Part shown: positions 10,837 through 22,903 of the stretch, in pieces
How the letters are laid out: each line of letters opens with the position of its first letter
Position numbering within the stretch: the first letter of the stretch is position 1
Assembly: GCA_963729045.1 (NCBI GenBank)
Contig: CAVSMN010000011.1
Span: 64,001-128,000 of the forward strand
Reading direction: 5' to 3'
Source: an uncultured Nitrososphaeraceae archaeon
Lineage (GTDB): Archaea; Thermoproteota; Nitrososphaeria; Nitrososphaerales; Nitrososphaeraceae
Length of the DNA stretch: 64,000 nucleotides
The notes under the pieces: generated by a model
The model's input: only the letters and a program-made list of their open reading frames with translations
The model's database searches: none
What the model was told of the DNA's origin: nothing
Program-made: the position numbers and the translations under genes

Positions 10837-12395
10837 TTAGGGACACTCTTTAGCCAGGCTAAATTATTTGAATATAATTCACGTATATCATCAAGATTAA
10901 AGCGTAACATGGCCAATCTTTCAAAGCCTCCTCCCCATGCCAATACAGGATTTTTTATTCCCAATGGTTTAGTTACCTCAGGTCTAAAAATTCCCATACC
11001 AAACAATTCTATCCATTTATCAAATTTCTCATTATATACCATTGATTGAAGAGAAGGTTCGGTATAAGGGAAAAAGGTAGGCCAGAACTTGATTCTTTTT
11101 TATCCCAAGTTTAGAATAAAATTCGGATTGAATTCCGATTAGTTGTCTTAGATTGGCATCTTCATTTACATAAATCCCTTCAACTTGATGAAATTCAACA
11201 AGATGCTTAAATGTCACCTTTTCGTTCCTAAAGACGCGACCTATAAGAAAAACTTTATCTCTCTCCGGTTTACCTTCTGACAAGTATTGGAGTGTAACAG
11301 GAGTGGTGTGAGTCCGCAAAACGTATGGTTTAGATTCTTCAATATTCCAATCATACTGCCAATTTTCCCTATGGATTTTGGATACATGCTGCAGTAAGGA
11401 AGTATTTTTTGGTAAAGGAGAATAGAGATCCGTTTGGGATTTCAGGTAAAACGTATCTTGCATCTCCCTAGCTGGATGATCTTGAGGAATAAATAATGCA
11501 TCAAAATTCCAAAAACATGACTGAGTCAGGTTTCCTTCAATCTCACTAAAACCCATACCGACCAATATTTCCTTGACTTCATCTATGAAATCGACCAAAG
11601 GGTTCTTTTTACCATAATTGAGCAATGGCAATGGGGCTTCTACATCAATCTGTTCAAAAATTAGATCCCTCCATTTGCCAGATATTAAAACATCATGAGT
11701 CATTTTTCTAACAACATTATCGCCGGTTAATAACAATGAATCAACAAGAGGTATACTAGTTTGCGTAATTTTGTATTTTTTGGCTACCAATTTCTCTGTA
11801 ACTAAGATATTATGTCGTTTTTTTAATGATTCATATGCTTTTTTATCTTCGTTCTCAAATAGCGATTCTAACGCTGTCTTTGTATTTTTTAATTTGGTCC
11901 ATGAAATTCTCCTCACTCGATGATTTATGCGAATCTGGAAGAAGAGTTACCTTATCATCAAGTATACTAATCCAGTTATTTTTCTTGCAAAACCGAATCG
12001 CTCCAAAAACTTCCTTTTCGTTTCCTCTAAACTCTTCGACTGTTTATGATTTCCGACAATTTGTTTACCCCCTTCTTTACAATATTGACAAGTTTCCTTT
12101 CAGGGAGAACAAGGTGCTCATTATCAGACATATCAGGATGTAAAAAGACTTTGATATCCGTATCCTCACTGATTTGAACGAGGTCTTTATACCTCAACCA
12201 TTCAACCCCTCTTCGCACTTGGTCTACTGACAATTCTGAACTTTTTATTAGGTCAGATTCGGTCACCCAATCAGCCTCTACCAATCTCAGTACGCTCAGA
12301 AGTTTCTTCTCAATGGGATGCAATGATGAAATCGATAGTTTTGAGTTATCTTCAAACTTAGATATATCACTGCTTGCTACTTCATCCTTATCCAT
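10827..12395 (-). CDS. pheS: phenylalanine--tRNA ligase alpha subunit (split into three ORFs by frameshifts)
   Basis: FWNFDALFIPQDHPAREMQDTF, LRTHTT, VFRNE, EFHQVEG, GMGIFRPEV, AWGGGFERLAM. Confidence 0.93.
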
Positions 12396-12466
12396 TATAT
12401 AAGTAGAAAACTTGTGCAAGTATTTTTAAACGTTTAAACTTTGGTTATTTAAAGAATAATTTAAGG

Positions 12467-13717
12467 ATGCCAAGTGAAAAGGAAAGCATTTCATTTGAGA
12501 AAAGCAATATGACGTTAGATTCGAGTGACATAAATATTGAAAATGATTCAGAATCAGATTCAATTGGAGTCAAAGATTTTGTCGTTACCCCCTGGGAAGT
12601 AGAGGGAGATATTGACTACTCTAAGTTGATCGAAAGATTTGGTACCCATACCATAGATGATACTTTATTTGAAAAAATTAAGTATTTTACTGGAGAAATA
12701 CATCCATTTCTCAAAAATAGATATTTTTTTTCCCACAGGGATCTAGATGTGGTTCTAGATGAATATAAGAGAGGCAACAAGTTTTATCTTTATACAGGGA
12801 GAGGTCCCTCCGGCTTGGTTCACCTGGGACATTTGATGCCATGGTTATTCACAAAATATTTACAAGAAAAATTCGATGTAAACCTAATATTCCAATTGAC
12901 AGACGATGAAAAGTTTCTGTTTAACAGTAATTTGGATATGGAAGCAATTCAAAAATATACATATGAAAACATATTAGATATTATTTCGATAGGATTTGAT
13001 CCAAAAAGAACCAAAATAATTGTTGATACCAAACATATTAAATATTTGTATCCTTTATCTATTGAAATTGCGAAGAAAATCACTTACTCCACAGCAAAAG
13101 CCGTATTTGGATTTTCTAATTCTTCTAACATTGGGATGATAGGCTTTCCTCCTGTTCAGGGTGCGCCGTGCTTCCTTCCATCAATAATCGAGAATAAACC
13201 GACACCTGTGCTGATACCGGCCGCAATTGATCAAGATCCCTATTGGAGGGTGACCCGAGACATAGCGGAAAAATTGGGTTATCCCAAACCAGCCCAGATC
13301 CATAGTAAATTTATTCCAGGACTTACTAGTGTAGGGAAAATGTCATCCTCAAAGCCAGAAACTGCATTATTTACCGTCGACGATCCCGAGATCCTGGAGA
13401 CGAAAATCAAAAATACCTTTACTGGGGGTCAACCAACAGTAGCTCTCCAACGCAAATTAGGAGGAAATGCTAATATTTGTCCAGTGTATTGGTATTTGAA
13501 TTATCTCTTTGATTCCGAAAAGGAATCTCAAGAGAGATACAATGACTGTACGAGTGGCAATTTGCTCTGTGGAGAATGCAAAGGCGACATGATAAAAAAG
13601 GTAAAACCATTTATTAAAGATATACAAACAAAGAGAGAAAAGGCACAAAATTTGATTAAGGATTTCATGATTGACGGAAAAGAGTTTTTTGAAGATGACA
13701 ATATTGGTTTTGATTAA
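12467..13717 (+). CDS. trpS: tryptophan--tRNA ligase
   Basis: VTPWEV, YTGRGPS..HLGH, AIDQDPY, KMSSS. Confidence 0.97.
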   Translation: MPSEKESISFEKSNMTLDSSDINIENDSESDSIGVKDFVVTPWEVEGDIDYSKLIERFGTHTIDDTLFEKIKYFTGEIHPFLKNRYFFSHRDLDVVLDEYKRGNKFYLYTGRGPSGLVHLGHLMPWLFTKYLQEKFDVNLIFQLTDDEKFLFNSNLDMEAIQKYTYENILDIISIGFDPKRTKIIVDTKHIKYLYPLSIEIAKKITYSTAKAVFGFSNSSNIGMIGFPPVQGAPCFLPSIIENKPTPVLIPAAIDQDPYWRVTRDIAEKLGYPKPAQIHSKFIPGLTSVGKMSSSKPETALFTVDDPEILETKIKNTFTGGQPTVALQRKLGGNANICPVYWYLNYLFDSEKESQERYNDCTSGNLLCGECKGDMIKKVKPFIKDIQTKREKAQNLIKDFMIDGKEFFEDDNIGFD

Positions 13718-13737
13718 CCAATATCTTTGAATTCAAG

Positions 13738-14031
13738 TTGAATTTTAAATTTATTTGTCAAGATAGCTACGAGGCGGAAAAATTAACAAGTATTTTTGCT
13801 CTGCAAAAGGATAATACACTTTTTGTCAGCAATATCGTAAGAATAATCGATAATGAGGTTGTCGTCAAGCTAAAAGATGGTTCTCATCACAGCATTATGT
13901 TTAAGGATGAAATAAATTCATACAAGTTAGAACGATTCTTTAAAGAACTTTTATCACGAAAGGGGCAAGTCACTGATACAAAATATGTAGGGGATGTAGC
14001 TTTCATAAGTTTAAGTGAACCTGTAACTTAA
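13738..14031 (+). CDS. conserved hypothetical protein
   Basis: 97-aa ORF 20 nt after trpS, same strand. Confidence 0.65.
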   Translation: MNFKFICQDSYEAEKLTSIFALQKDNTLFVSNIVRIIDNEVVVKLKDGSHHSIMFKDEINSYKLERFFKELLSRKGQVTDTKYVGDVAFISLSEPVT

Positions 14032-14055
14032 TAGTCCAAATTATTGAAAATTTTT

Positions 14056-14389
14056 TCACACATAATCCCTATTAAATTCATCCAGAATTAGTTGGTAGAC
14101 TTTCTCAAAATATAATGTCGTCGAGTATGGCATCAATGGAATAAAATCTCTTATAGTTTCAAGAACCAAAGGAACCGCACGTTTTGATAATTTAATTTCA
14201 AATTTCATCCATAGGATCCGATTCTGAGTAAATACTGATTTTTTCACCTAACTCCCTGTCACAAACTTCCTTAGCCTTGTCCTCAACGCGCTTGTACCAA
14301 TACGCAAGGACCTCTGGGTCCAACCCGCCACTAAGATTTGTAATGTTATTACAATAATCGAGTATTAAATCGTCAATTCCATTCTTCAT
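14056..14389 (-). CDS. conserved hypothetical protein (frameshift near 14240)
   Basis: Two overlapping ORFs join at an A run (GLDPEVLAYWYKRVE...QNRILWMKFEIKLSKRAVP). Confidence 0.6.
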
Positions 14390-14455
14390 TTTATAATGTT
14401 AATTTCAACCTAAAAAATTTATTATTGGGTATTAAATTTATTTGATAAAATAAGA

Positions 14456-14950
14456 TTATTTTTTATTCTTTACTATATTGCCCTCATTATCAATCTCATT
14501 TGCTCTGATACGACTGGAAGAAATCGGTAACCCATCTTTGGCTAATTTCAATTCAACTGAAACTATATCAATTGTTGGGAGACCCATTCTTGTTCTGATT
14601 TCATTAACTTTTTTGCCCTTGTAACTTGTTTCGCTACTAGCTACCATACAATCAACTTTTTCAGAGAACATTAATGGTCCAAAATACATCCTCAAGCTTT
14701 GTAATTTCGTACTAGATTGGATCCAACTTCACTATCGATGATATTGACTAAATTGCGTTTTCGAACTTCAAATGAATTATTTATATTTTTCTTTAATTTT
14801 TCTTTTACTAAATTATCTGATGATAAGCCTATTATAACGAATTTTCCCTATCTCAAACGACTTTTTTAAAAGTTCAATATGACCAGTGTGTATAATATCA
14901 AACGTACCGCCCATGGCCACACAATCATATTTTTTCAATATAGATGTCAA
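14456..14950 (-). CDS. coaD: phosphopantetheine adenylyltransferase (frameshifted)
   Basis: VAMGGTFDIIHTGH, YFGP, VASSET, DGLPISSSRIR across frames; TTG start at 14950. Confidence 0.85.
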
Positions 14951-15037
14951 TTCTAAAAATAATATAAAATTATTTATTTCACAATTAAACTCATGATTTG
15001 ACAAATTTATAAATACCTAATTGAGGATAAATAATTA

Positions 15038-15688
15038 TTGTCATCTACAGTTGCAGAATATATCTGTGAAGATTGTGGTTCTCTATTAATTCATTTAAAT
15101 CCAACTACACTGCAGAGCATAATAGAGGTTCACTCACAATTATGCCCCATAAAAAGACAAAAAATTCTTGCGAATGCAGAAGCTGAGAAACTAAAGAAGG
15201 CATCCGTAACAAGGAATTCAAACATCCCAGTTCAAGCTACTCAAATAGTCAGTGGCGCTCCACCTAGTGCTGCTTCCATACCACAACAAGCTGTCGCACC
15301 TAGTATGAACCAAAGTGGCGCCGGTTCATCTCTTCCACTGACTGGAACTGGAACAGACTACCAGACAGCAGAAGGACCAATAGATACTGGCTTTAAATCA
15401 AAGAGACAACCTGCAGGAAAGTTTCAAGGAATCCAAGTATGGGGTCCATACGATGCACCTGGACAACTCGGGATTTGGGGCACGGATGTGTGCGTTGATT
15501 TTGACATTTGTATTTCAGATGGTGCCTGTATTGATGCATGCCCAGTGAATGTTTATGAATGGCTTGATACGCCAGGACATCCGGCTTCAGAGAGGAAACC
15601 ATTTATGATTAGAGAAAAGGATTGTATTTTTTGTTTGGCGTGCGAAAATGTCTGTCCTCCACAAGCGATAAAAATATTTGTGAAATAG
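15038..15688 (+). CDS. dicluster ferredoxin with N-terminal CxxC/H..C domain and Pro/Ala/Ser linker
   Basis: CISDGACIDACP and CIFCLACENVCP motifs; N-terminal YICEDCG...HSQLCP. Confidence 0.9.
   Translation: MSSTVAEYICEDCGSLLIHLNPTTLQSIIEVHSQLCPIKRQKILANAEAEKLKKASVTRNSNIPVQATQIVSGAPPSAASIPQQAVAPSMNQSGAGSSLPLTGTGTDYQTAEGPIDTGFKSKRQPAGKFQGIQVWGPYDAPGQLGIWGTDVCVDFDICISDGACIDACPVNVYEWLDTPGHPASERKPFMIREKDCIFCLACENVCPPQAIKIFVK
15347..15684 (+). repeat. 338-bp inverted repeat, copy 1 (partner 49087-49424)
   Basis: Base-by-base comparison: 336/338 identical, both differences synonymous. Confidence 0.95.
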
Positions 15689-15708
15689 CATAGTACAAGT
15701 CTGAACTA

Positions 15709-16452
15709 TTAGATTTGACTATCCTCTTTTACATATTTATAAATCCTATAATTCAGGTTATTATTGTACTTCATAGCAGTATCCCACTTTGAATTTCGAT
15801 CATCATATAGAGCTATAAAGTATTTCTTTTGGTTGATATCAAGATTATGATAAATGTTTTCACCTACAATTACTTCCCCAGGATAAGATAATGATGTGAT
15901 TTTAGCAGCTATACTGATACTAAACCCTATCAAATCTATATGAGCATGAGCAATATTTTTTCCATACAGTAAAACAAGCGCATTTCCATATTCTATACCA
16001 ATCTTCACAGCAATCTCAGGGATTGAATGTTTCTTAAATACGGGGTTGATCCCGTTTCTCATTACTTTCTGTATATGGCGTGCACAATCCAAAGAATTTA
16101 CTATTGCCTTTTTTTGATCATAGTCTGATGGGAATAGACCGATTACAGCATCTCCCACGAATTTTAGCACATACCCCCCGAATTTTTCAATAGATAGGCT
16201 TACCTCTTGGGAAAAGATTTGGATAATCAGGGCCAAATCTAGTGATGAAAGGTCATGAGACATTTGAGTAGAGCCTGCAATATCCACATACATAACCACA
16301 ACATTTGTTTTGGTATTGACTTTCCTTTCTAAGTACTTCCTACACGAATCAGTAGACAGATCAATAAGCAATCCTTTATTTTCTAGACTATGTGACACAC
16401 GGTCTTGTACACTCCTTACAAAATCAAAATCTCCTGATTCAAAATTTTTCAT
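15709..16452 (-). CDS. class III adenylate/guanylate cyclase
   Basis: VMYVDIAGSTQ, VLKFVGDAV, KIGIEYG, DLIG..ISIAAKI. Confidence 0.88.
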   Translation of the reverse strand: MKNFESGDFDFVRSVQDRVSHSLENKGLLIDLSTDSCRKYLERKVNTKTNVVVMYVDIAGSTQMSHDLSSLDLALIIQIFSQEVSLSIEKFGGYVLKFVGDAVIGLFPSDYDQKKAIVNSLDCARHIQKVMRNGINPVFKKHSIPEIAVKIGIEYGNALVLLYGKNIAHAHIDLIGFSISIAAKITSLSYPGEVIVGENIYHNLDINQKKYFIALYDDRNSKWDTAMKYNNNLNYRIYKYVKEDSQI

Positions 16453-16717
16453 CTAGATCTGAAAATGACAATTCTGCCTAGTTTATTCGTTATGAGCAGT
16501 AATTCTAGAGGTGAATCTGATTCTATCCCCATAATTGGAGTAAGAACATCATACATAACTGCGAACCCCAAGTTATAGATAATCATGTTGACCTATTATC
16601 ACTTGTGATTTTGTTATAAATAAGACTTGAAGAGAATCAAAATTTCACGTCTAAAAAAACTGACTATATGTCTAATAAAACAATGGATAAACAAGGGCAA
16701 ATAATCTAAAGCAGTTT

Positions 16718-17143
16718 TTACTTTAGATCAATCTTCCTTAGAGTAAATGATGTTATCATACGAAGACCAAAAATTACTGCGAAAAATATTATAGTATTGT
16801 AGATTTCTGGGCCCGGGCCATCTTCATATAGACTCGAAATTACTAAAATGAGTCTTAAAACTGCATTGGCACATTCAAATTCTAGTGCAAATAATAATCC
16901 ATTGGCTAATAATGAAATTGAAGAGACTTTTAGTTCATTAGTACCATTATCTGATATAACTTTAAATCGCTTCATAATAACATGAAAAACTCCCATACTA
17001 GTTGGGAATTTTTTTGAATCAACGTCTAAGACTCTATTCAGTAGTAACATTAATAATTGTCCCATAGTAATCAATATGATACTAATTGCGGCTATATCGA
17101 TGGCGTATATCAAAAAAAGAACAAAAGTATCTAATGTAAGCAT
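16718..17143 (-). CDS. DUF1622-like membrane protein (divergent paralog)
   Basis: LANGLLFALEFE.A.AVLR motif, three hydrophobic segments. Confidence 0.6.
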   Translation of the reverse strand: MLTLDTFVLFLIYAIDIAAISIILITMGQLLMLLLNRVLDVDSKKFPTSMGVFHVIMKRFKVISDNGTNELKVSSISLLANGLLFALEFECANAVLRLILVISSLYEDGPGPEIYNTIIFFAVIFGLRMITSFTLRKIDLK

Positions 17144-17211
17144 TCTAGCATCCTGTCAGATTCATACGACAAATGAGAATAGTTTTTTAATATCTACTAA
17201 CGTACTTAACA

Positions 17212-17607
17212 TTAGGTCATCTTGTTGTGCCTATCTATTTCCTTGGATAGTGACCAACTTAATACTATTCGAATAGTAACGATTACCCCCAAAATCAGTA
17301 GTTCTTTTATTCCTGGAATCTGCATCGTCTTAATTATATCACTTCCTATTTCAAAATCTAACGCTAGCAAGATGCCTCTGGCTAATCGTAATCTGATTGA
17401 TTCCTTTTCCATTGTTTGATCCTTAATTGGATTCTTAAGGATCTTGAGAAAGGAAATTACCGCCATAATAACCGAAATGATGATAACTGAAGCAGCTAGT
17501 ATATCAATTCCGAAAGTAATCAAGTCGATATAATAAGATCGGATTGAATCGATCGGAATCAAGCCATTCAAATCAAGCATCACTTCTTTCACTGGAAAAG
17601 GTATCAA
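17212..17607 (-). CDS. DUF1622 family membrane protein
   Basis: RLRLARGILLALDFEIGSDIIKT...P...L.ILG.IV.IR.VLSW.L.KEI. Confidence 0.85.
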   Translation of the reverse strand: MIPFPVKEVMLDLNGLIPIDSIRSYYIDLITFGIDILAASVIIISVIMAVISFLKILKNPIKDQTMEKESIRLRLARGILLALDFEIGSDIIKTMQIPGIKELLILGVIVTIRIVLSWSLSKEIDRHNKMT

Positions 17608-17677
17608 TCTATTATGTATTTTATTTTCATCTATTTTATGTTATTGTATAAAGAATGTAGGTATTACCAAGGAATAT

Positions 17678-19353
17678 TTATTCACGAAATCGATCATGTT
17701 TGAATAGTAACTCGTTGCGATCAGCATCGATATCAATTGCTATAACTACAGGAGTATGTATAGACTTTATTGCCTCTCTTAAAACGGAAGAAAATTCATA
17801 AGTACTGGTTACCCTATACCCCTTTGCCCCAAAGCTCTCTGCAAGCTTGACAAAATCAGGATTATTGAAATTAGTGAAAACACTCCTACCGAATTCTAAT
17901 CTTTGTTTTGTAGATATTACACCTAAATCCGAGTCAACCCATACGACAATAATGATTGGAAGTTGTAATGGTACTGCTGTTTCTAGTTCTTGAACATTCA
18001 TTAGGAAACCACCATCCCCGCACATCGCCACCACCTTCCGAGTGGGGCACGCTAGTTGAGCACCAATTGATCCGGGAAGTGCAAATCCCATCGAACAAAA
18101 TCCATTACTTATTATGCAGGTATTGGGACTAAATGTCTTGAAGATTTTTGCTATCCAAAGTTTATGAGCTCCAACATCAGAAATCAATATATCATCTGAA
18201 GAAAGAACACTTCTAACATCATGAATTAATTTTTCAGGTTTGATCGGATAAGATTCGTCATCAGTAAACTGCTCAATACGCCAATCCACCTCTTCTTTAA
18301 TTTTCTTTAATCTTGACCTCGCTAGACTTATTTTTTGTTTATTAATAGAATCCATTTGAATTTCGTTCTGGTATATCTTTACAGAATTTATAAGTAAATT
18401 TATAGTTAATTTCAAGTCACCAGAAATTTCTATATCAGGATTATAAAAGTTGTCAACTTCTGCAGATGTAGAATCAATATGAATTATTTTTTTGAGATTA
18501 AGTCCATTCCAATTTTTAGGACTGTATTCAACCAAATCATATCCGATAGAAATTACAACATCAGCTAATTTCAAAGCGTGTAAAGCATAGTCGGATTCCT
18601 TTATGCCAATAGTGCCCATATGAGTTGGAGAATTATCAGAGATCACACCTTTTCCCATAAATGTGTTCATCGAATAAAATCCGGTCAAATCTGCAAAACT
18701 TCTGATAATATTTGAAGCGTTATTTCGAATACAACCATTCCCAACTAGAATAACAGGTGCAATTGACATCAATATCATTTTAGTTGCATCGTGCAACCTT
18801 GATGGTGTAGGACATGAATGTATGCCATTTTTACTACTAAGTGGTTTCAAAGCTGATTCCATTTTTGCCACGTCAATAGGCAAATCCAGATGAGTTGCCC
18901 CTTTTTTTCTTCAGTTGCAATCTTGAATGCTCTTCTTAGAATTTCAGGTATCCCGTCAGCATCCCTTATAGACCACGTCCATTTGGTAATGGGAGTAAAC
19001 ATAGTTACAGGGTCCATATTCTGATGAGATTCTTTATGCATCTTGGTAATTTCAGTTTGACCGGTAATCGCAAGGAGCGGTGATCGGTCCATATTAGCAC
19101 TTGCTACTCCCGTAGTAAGATTAGTGGCGCCTGGACCAAGAGTTGCGAGACAAACACCAACCTTGTTGGTTAATCTACCATAAACATCTGCCATAAATGC
19201 TGCCGCCTGTTCGTGTCTCACCAAAATAAATTTTATAGTTTGTGATTCTGAGATTGATATCATAAGATCATTTGTTTCCTCACCAGGGATTCCAAAAATA
19301 TACTTGACATTTTCGGCCTCAAGGCACTTTACAAATAGATCAGAAGCCTTCAT
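17678..19353 (-). CDS. ilvB: acetolactate synthase large subunit-like ThDP enzyme (frameshift at A run near 18905)
   Basis: IFGIPGEE, VRHEQAAAFMA, TLGPGATN, SDVGAHK, GDGGFLMN. Confidence 0.88.
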
Positions 19354-19854
19354 CTATTAGAGGATGCAACATATCAATAATAAAAATATGATCCAATGGT
19401 ATAATTGATAATGATAAGAGTGAAACATGATTGTTCTAACAATAAACGATATGAATTACATTCACATCTCATTTCTTGTAATATAAAATAACCAAAGATC
19501 AGTAGAACGGCAAATCCAAAGTTATTAAAGTCCTAATAGTGATGTGTTATCATAAATTAAAGAATAAATTTGTTTCAAAATTTAATTCTATTATTCATCC
19601 AACACCCTTGTCATATCCAAAAATTTAAATGAATTAGTCCTAAAGGAATAAAAAGAAATATTATTGCTGGAATTCTATTGTTTATTTATGTCACAATGAT
19701 AAATAGTGAGCCCATAAACAAAAAATTTAAATCTGACCTCTCAATTCTTAACCTACTCCTGTCATAAAAAAGGGGGATCGAAATCAAGAATATTCACATA
19801 TTACCCAATTGACTTTTGAATCACTTTATATTTCACGTCAAATAAGAAATTTAC

Positions 19855-21207
19855 ATGTCACTAAGTATCTTGATACCAATATTTATCGGGGTCGTATTAG
19901 GCTATGGGTCCGCTTATCTGCTACAGGAAAGTAATAGTCAACTTTCCATAAATGATACCAGTTTCCTACCGGATGCTTCTTCAAATTTTTCATTCATGTT
20001 AGACCCAAATGGTTCAAACGAGTCAAATGGAATGCAAATGGGTAACCAACCGTCAATGAATTCATCTAACTTAAACGACTTAATACTTTTAGAAGATCAA
20101 TTAAAGTTGGCCCAAGACAAAATTGAGCAAGCGGATATTAAAAACAAGGATTGGAGAAATTATACAAGTAACAAACTAGGATTGTCATTGGAATATCCCA
20201 TCGACGTTCATCTGCAAAAAGAGGGGAAAGAATCTCGATTTGATCCCGATAAGGATTTAAAAATAGGCAGTATTGAGAAAGATGGATTCAGTATTAGCCC
20301 TAGTATTTATGGCCAAAATTCTACTGATTTTTCCAATGTTGTTCTACAGGCAAAGGAATCTCATCTTAACATGAATCTAAACGATTCGTATCTAATGTTA
20401 GTGGAAGATATTACACCAATGAGTATTCATGATGATATCGGTTTGTCCTACTTAATATCATTGATCGATAATGGTCTAGAAAAATCCCTTTTTGTATCTA
20501 ACAATACGTTCCTTTCTCATAACGATAATATTTATAGGTTCGTGTTTGTTACCAATACTGATCAATACAATAAAACGAACGCAATATTCAATCATATATT
20601 AAACTCAATTAGTTGGAATATCAATCAGGATAATGTTAGTTCGACACCTATTGTTCTTGCGAATCAGAGCTCTCTACTAAATAATACTGTTACTGCGATT
20701 AATAACCAAACCTCAGAAAATAACACAGCAACTATTGAAACTACTCAAGGTCCAATAAAAATCGAGTTTTATCCTGAGGTAGCTCCTAACCACGTTAAGA
20801 ATTTTAAAGATCTCGCTAACGACGGTTTTTACAATGGAGTAGTATTTCATAGAATAGTACCAGGATTTGTAATACAGGCAGGTGATCCAAACACAAAGAA
20901 TAGTAGCATTAGTCGAGATGCTTGGGGGACTGGTGGTCCAGGGCACACTATAAATCAAGAATTTAATACCATACCTCATGAAAGGGGGATATTATCCATG
21001 GCTCGCATGCTTGATCCGAACAGCGCAGGATCTCAGTTTTTTATTGTGCTAAATAATTCAAAATTTTTAGACGGCCAATACACAGTGTTCGGAAAGGTTA
21101 CAGAGGGTATGGAGATTGTAGATAAAATAGCTAATGTTACCACTAATTCATTGGATCAGCCCTTGAATCAAGATTTAGCAAGAATAAACAAGATAATGAT
21201 TAATTAG
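19855..21207 (+). CDS. membrane-anchored PsbP-like domain fused to cyclophilin-type peptidyl-prolyl isomerase
   Basis: N-terminal TM; W..Y....G.SLEYP motif; C-terminal FHRIVPGFVIQAGDP, SMAR, SAGSQFFI, LDGQYTVFGKV. Confidence 0.88.
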   Translation: MSLSILIPIFIGVVLGYGSAYLLQESNSQLSINDTSFLPDASSNFSFMLDPNGSNESNGMQMGNQPSMNSSNLNDLILLEDQLKLAQDKIEQADIKNKDWRNYTSNKLGLSLEYPIDVHLQKEGKESRFDPDKDLKIGSIEKDGFSISPSIYGQNSTDFSNVVLQAKESHLNMNLNDSYLMLVEDITPMSIHDDIGLSYLISLIDNGLEKSLFVSNNTFLSHNDNIYRFVFVTNTDQYNKTNAIFNHILNSISWNINQDNVSSTPIVLANQSSLLNNTVTAINNQTSENNTATIETTQGPIKIEFYPEVAPNHVKNFKDLANDGFYNGVVFHRIVPGFVIQAGDPNTKNSSISRDAWGTGGPGHTINQEFNTIPHERGILSMARMLDPNSAGSQFFIVLNNSKFLDGQYTVFGKVTEGMEIVDKIANVTTNSLDQPLNQDLARINKIMIN

Positions 21208-21583
21208 GAATAGACCTTGAACAAGAAATAACTATCCAGTTAGTAGATCATATAATTACAATTATTTTTTGAAATGTAATCTTAGTCATTGGTCATGAAC
21301 AAGATTTCATTCATAATTTGTAAGATTCTTATCGATTCAAAACATAATCCAAAATTACATTCGATTTAAAACTTTTATCTTTTAGATGTGAAAATGCCGG
21401 ACAAAATAGTTCAATTTCTATAGTATAAAGAATTCATTGATGTAATTTCCTCAGGAGGTTTAGTATTGATAGTAGTGATATTGGCATTTACATCACAATG
21501 TATCCATATTGCAACTCATGAAATGAAATAGATGATACTTAAATCGCCGAATCCTTAAACGTTAACTCGATATTTGGATTATT

Positions 21584-22234
21584 TTAAATCAAGTGCAAGA
21601 TTTTCGACAGAAAGAGTGTACTGGATTCAGGCATGCGAACGGTGCAAACAGATGAGACGATACTTTCATAATCAATCACGAGCCCAAATGAAATCCTACC
21701 TGTTACAGTTATAGCACAATCTAAACAATCAGAGAAATTACTAATTCTTATGAATGATTTAGAAGATGCACTCTCAATACCTTCATCAATTACTACAGTA
21801 TCGATAGTAATTTCTTCAGTAAATAGAAATGTGGTGGTACGAATGTTACATATGTTATCATTCTGAATAGGATAGGGCCTACAAACAGAATGATCGATGA
21901 ACATTTTTAACCTTAGCTCACTTGATGTCGCAGACCCAACTGGCAAAATTGATTCACAGGGGTTATTCAATACAGACCATTCATTGGAATTTTCTTGGTC
22001 CTGAAGGAGTGCATTATTTCCAGATAATAAACTACTATCCCTAGAAATAACCTGTCCATTTTGTTATGCCGATTGTGATTGTTATGTATTCTATTCTACA
22101 TTACTTCCATTACCTCTTTGGGATAAAGCGCCATTTTGCGCGTAGGATGATAATTGAAGGTTAACTGAAACTAATTCAATTGATAATGTCATAATGATGA
22201 AAAACACATTTAAACTTAATCTTCTTATTGTTAT
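21584..22234 (-). pseudogene. secreted protein with Q/N/S-rich module, three in-frame nonsense codons
   Basis: Single frame: signal peptide then NVE*NT*QSQSA*QNGQVISRDSSLLSGNN; stops at 22093, 22084, 22066 in frame with ORF 21584-21970. Confidence 0.65.
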
Positions 22235-22483
22235 AAAACTTAGAAATGAATTAAAAATATAATGGCTATTGTTGATTTAAGCCTTTTCAAATAATAGAAA
22301 ATTTAGAAATAAATCCAGAAGTAAGATATAATCTACTTACCATAGATCAGAAATAACGAAGTGATCACAAAAAGGGTAAATCTAAGTTGGAATAGTCCGG
22401 TTAAGGAATAATTACTATTCAAACTTTATATTCAAGTATTTGTCGACAATACAATAGGTATTTTATCCATATCCATGGTTTTT

Positions 22484-22903
22484 TTAATACTTTTCTAAAA
22501 GTTTGTTAACGTTATTAATTAGTTTAATCAATGAAAATGGCTTATGCATAATATCATCGATTTTGACTCCGGTGTTCAAGTTATCAGATACCTCGAGTTC
22601 AGAAACGTCATAAGCAGACATCAAAATTGTCTTGATCAATGGATCAATGCATTTGATTTCATTTATTAATTGATAGCCATTAACTTTGGGCATACGGATA
22701 TCTACAAGGACCATACAATACTTTTTGTAATGCTCTTTCAGTTCATTTAGAGCTACTGCAGAGTCATCAAATGTAACTACTTTGAGCCTTTGTAACTCTA
22801 ATGCCTTTTTATAAACAAAAAGCAAATCTTTTTCATCGTCAATGATCGCTATGCTACGATCACCTGCTCGATTATGTGATGTTCTAGGAGTATAATTGGG
22901 CAA
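22484..22903 (-). CDS. single-domain response regulator
   Basis: IIDDE, DIRMPKVNG, MSA, KPF. Confidence 0.9.
   Translation of the reverse strand: MPNYTPRTSHNRAGDRSIAIIDDEKDLLFVYKKALELQRLKVVTFDDSAVALNELKEHYKKYCMVLVDIRMPKVNGYQLINEIKCIDPLIKTILMSAYDVSELEVSDNLNTGVKIDDIMHKPFSLIKLINNVNKLLEKY

Noticed and set aside
15393..15602. Duplicated 69-aa ORF (also 49169-49378)
   Set aside because: Antisense to the shared ferredoxin module; its duplication follows from the DNA repeat
8185..18910. Programmed ribosomal frameshifting in msrB, pheS, coaD and ilvB
   Set aside because: Too many unrelated genes, shifts in both directions and no shared stimulatory signal; sequencing indels are more parsimonious
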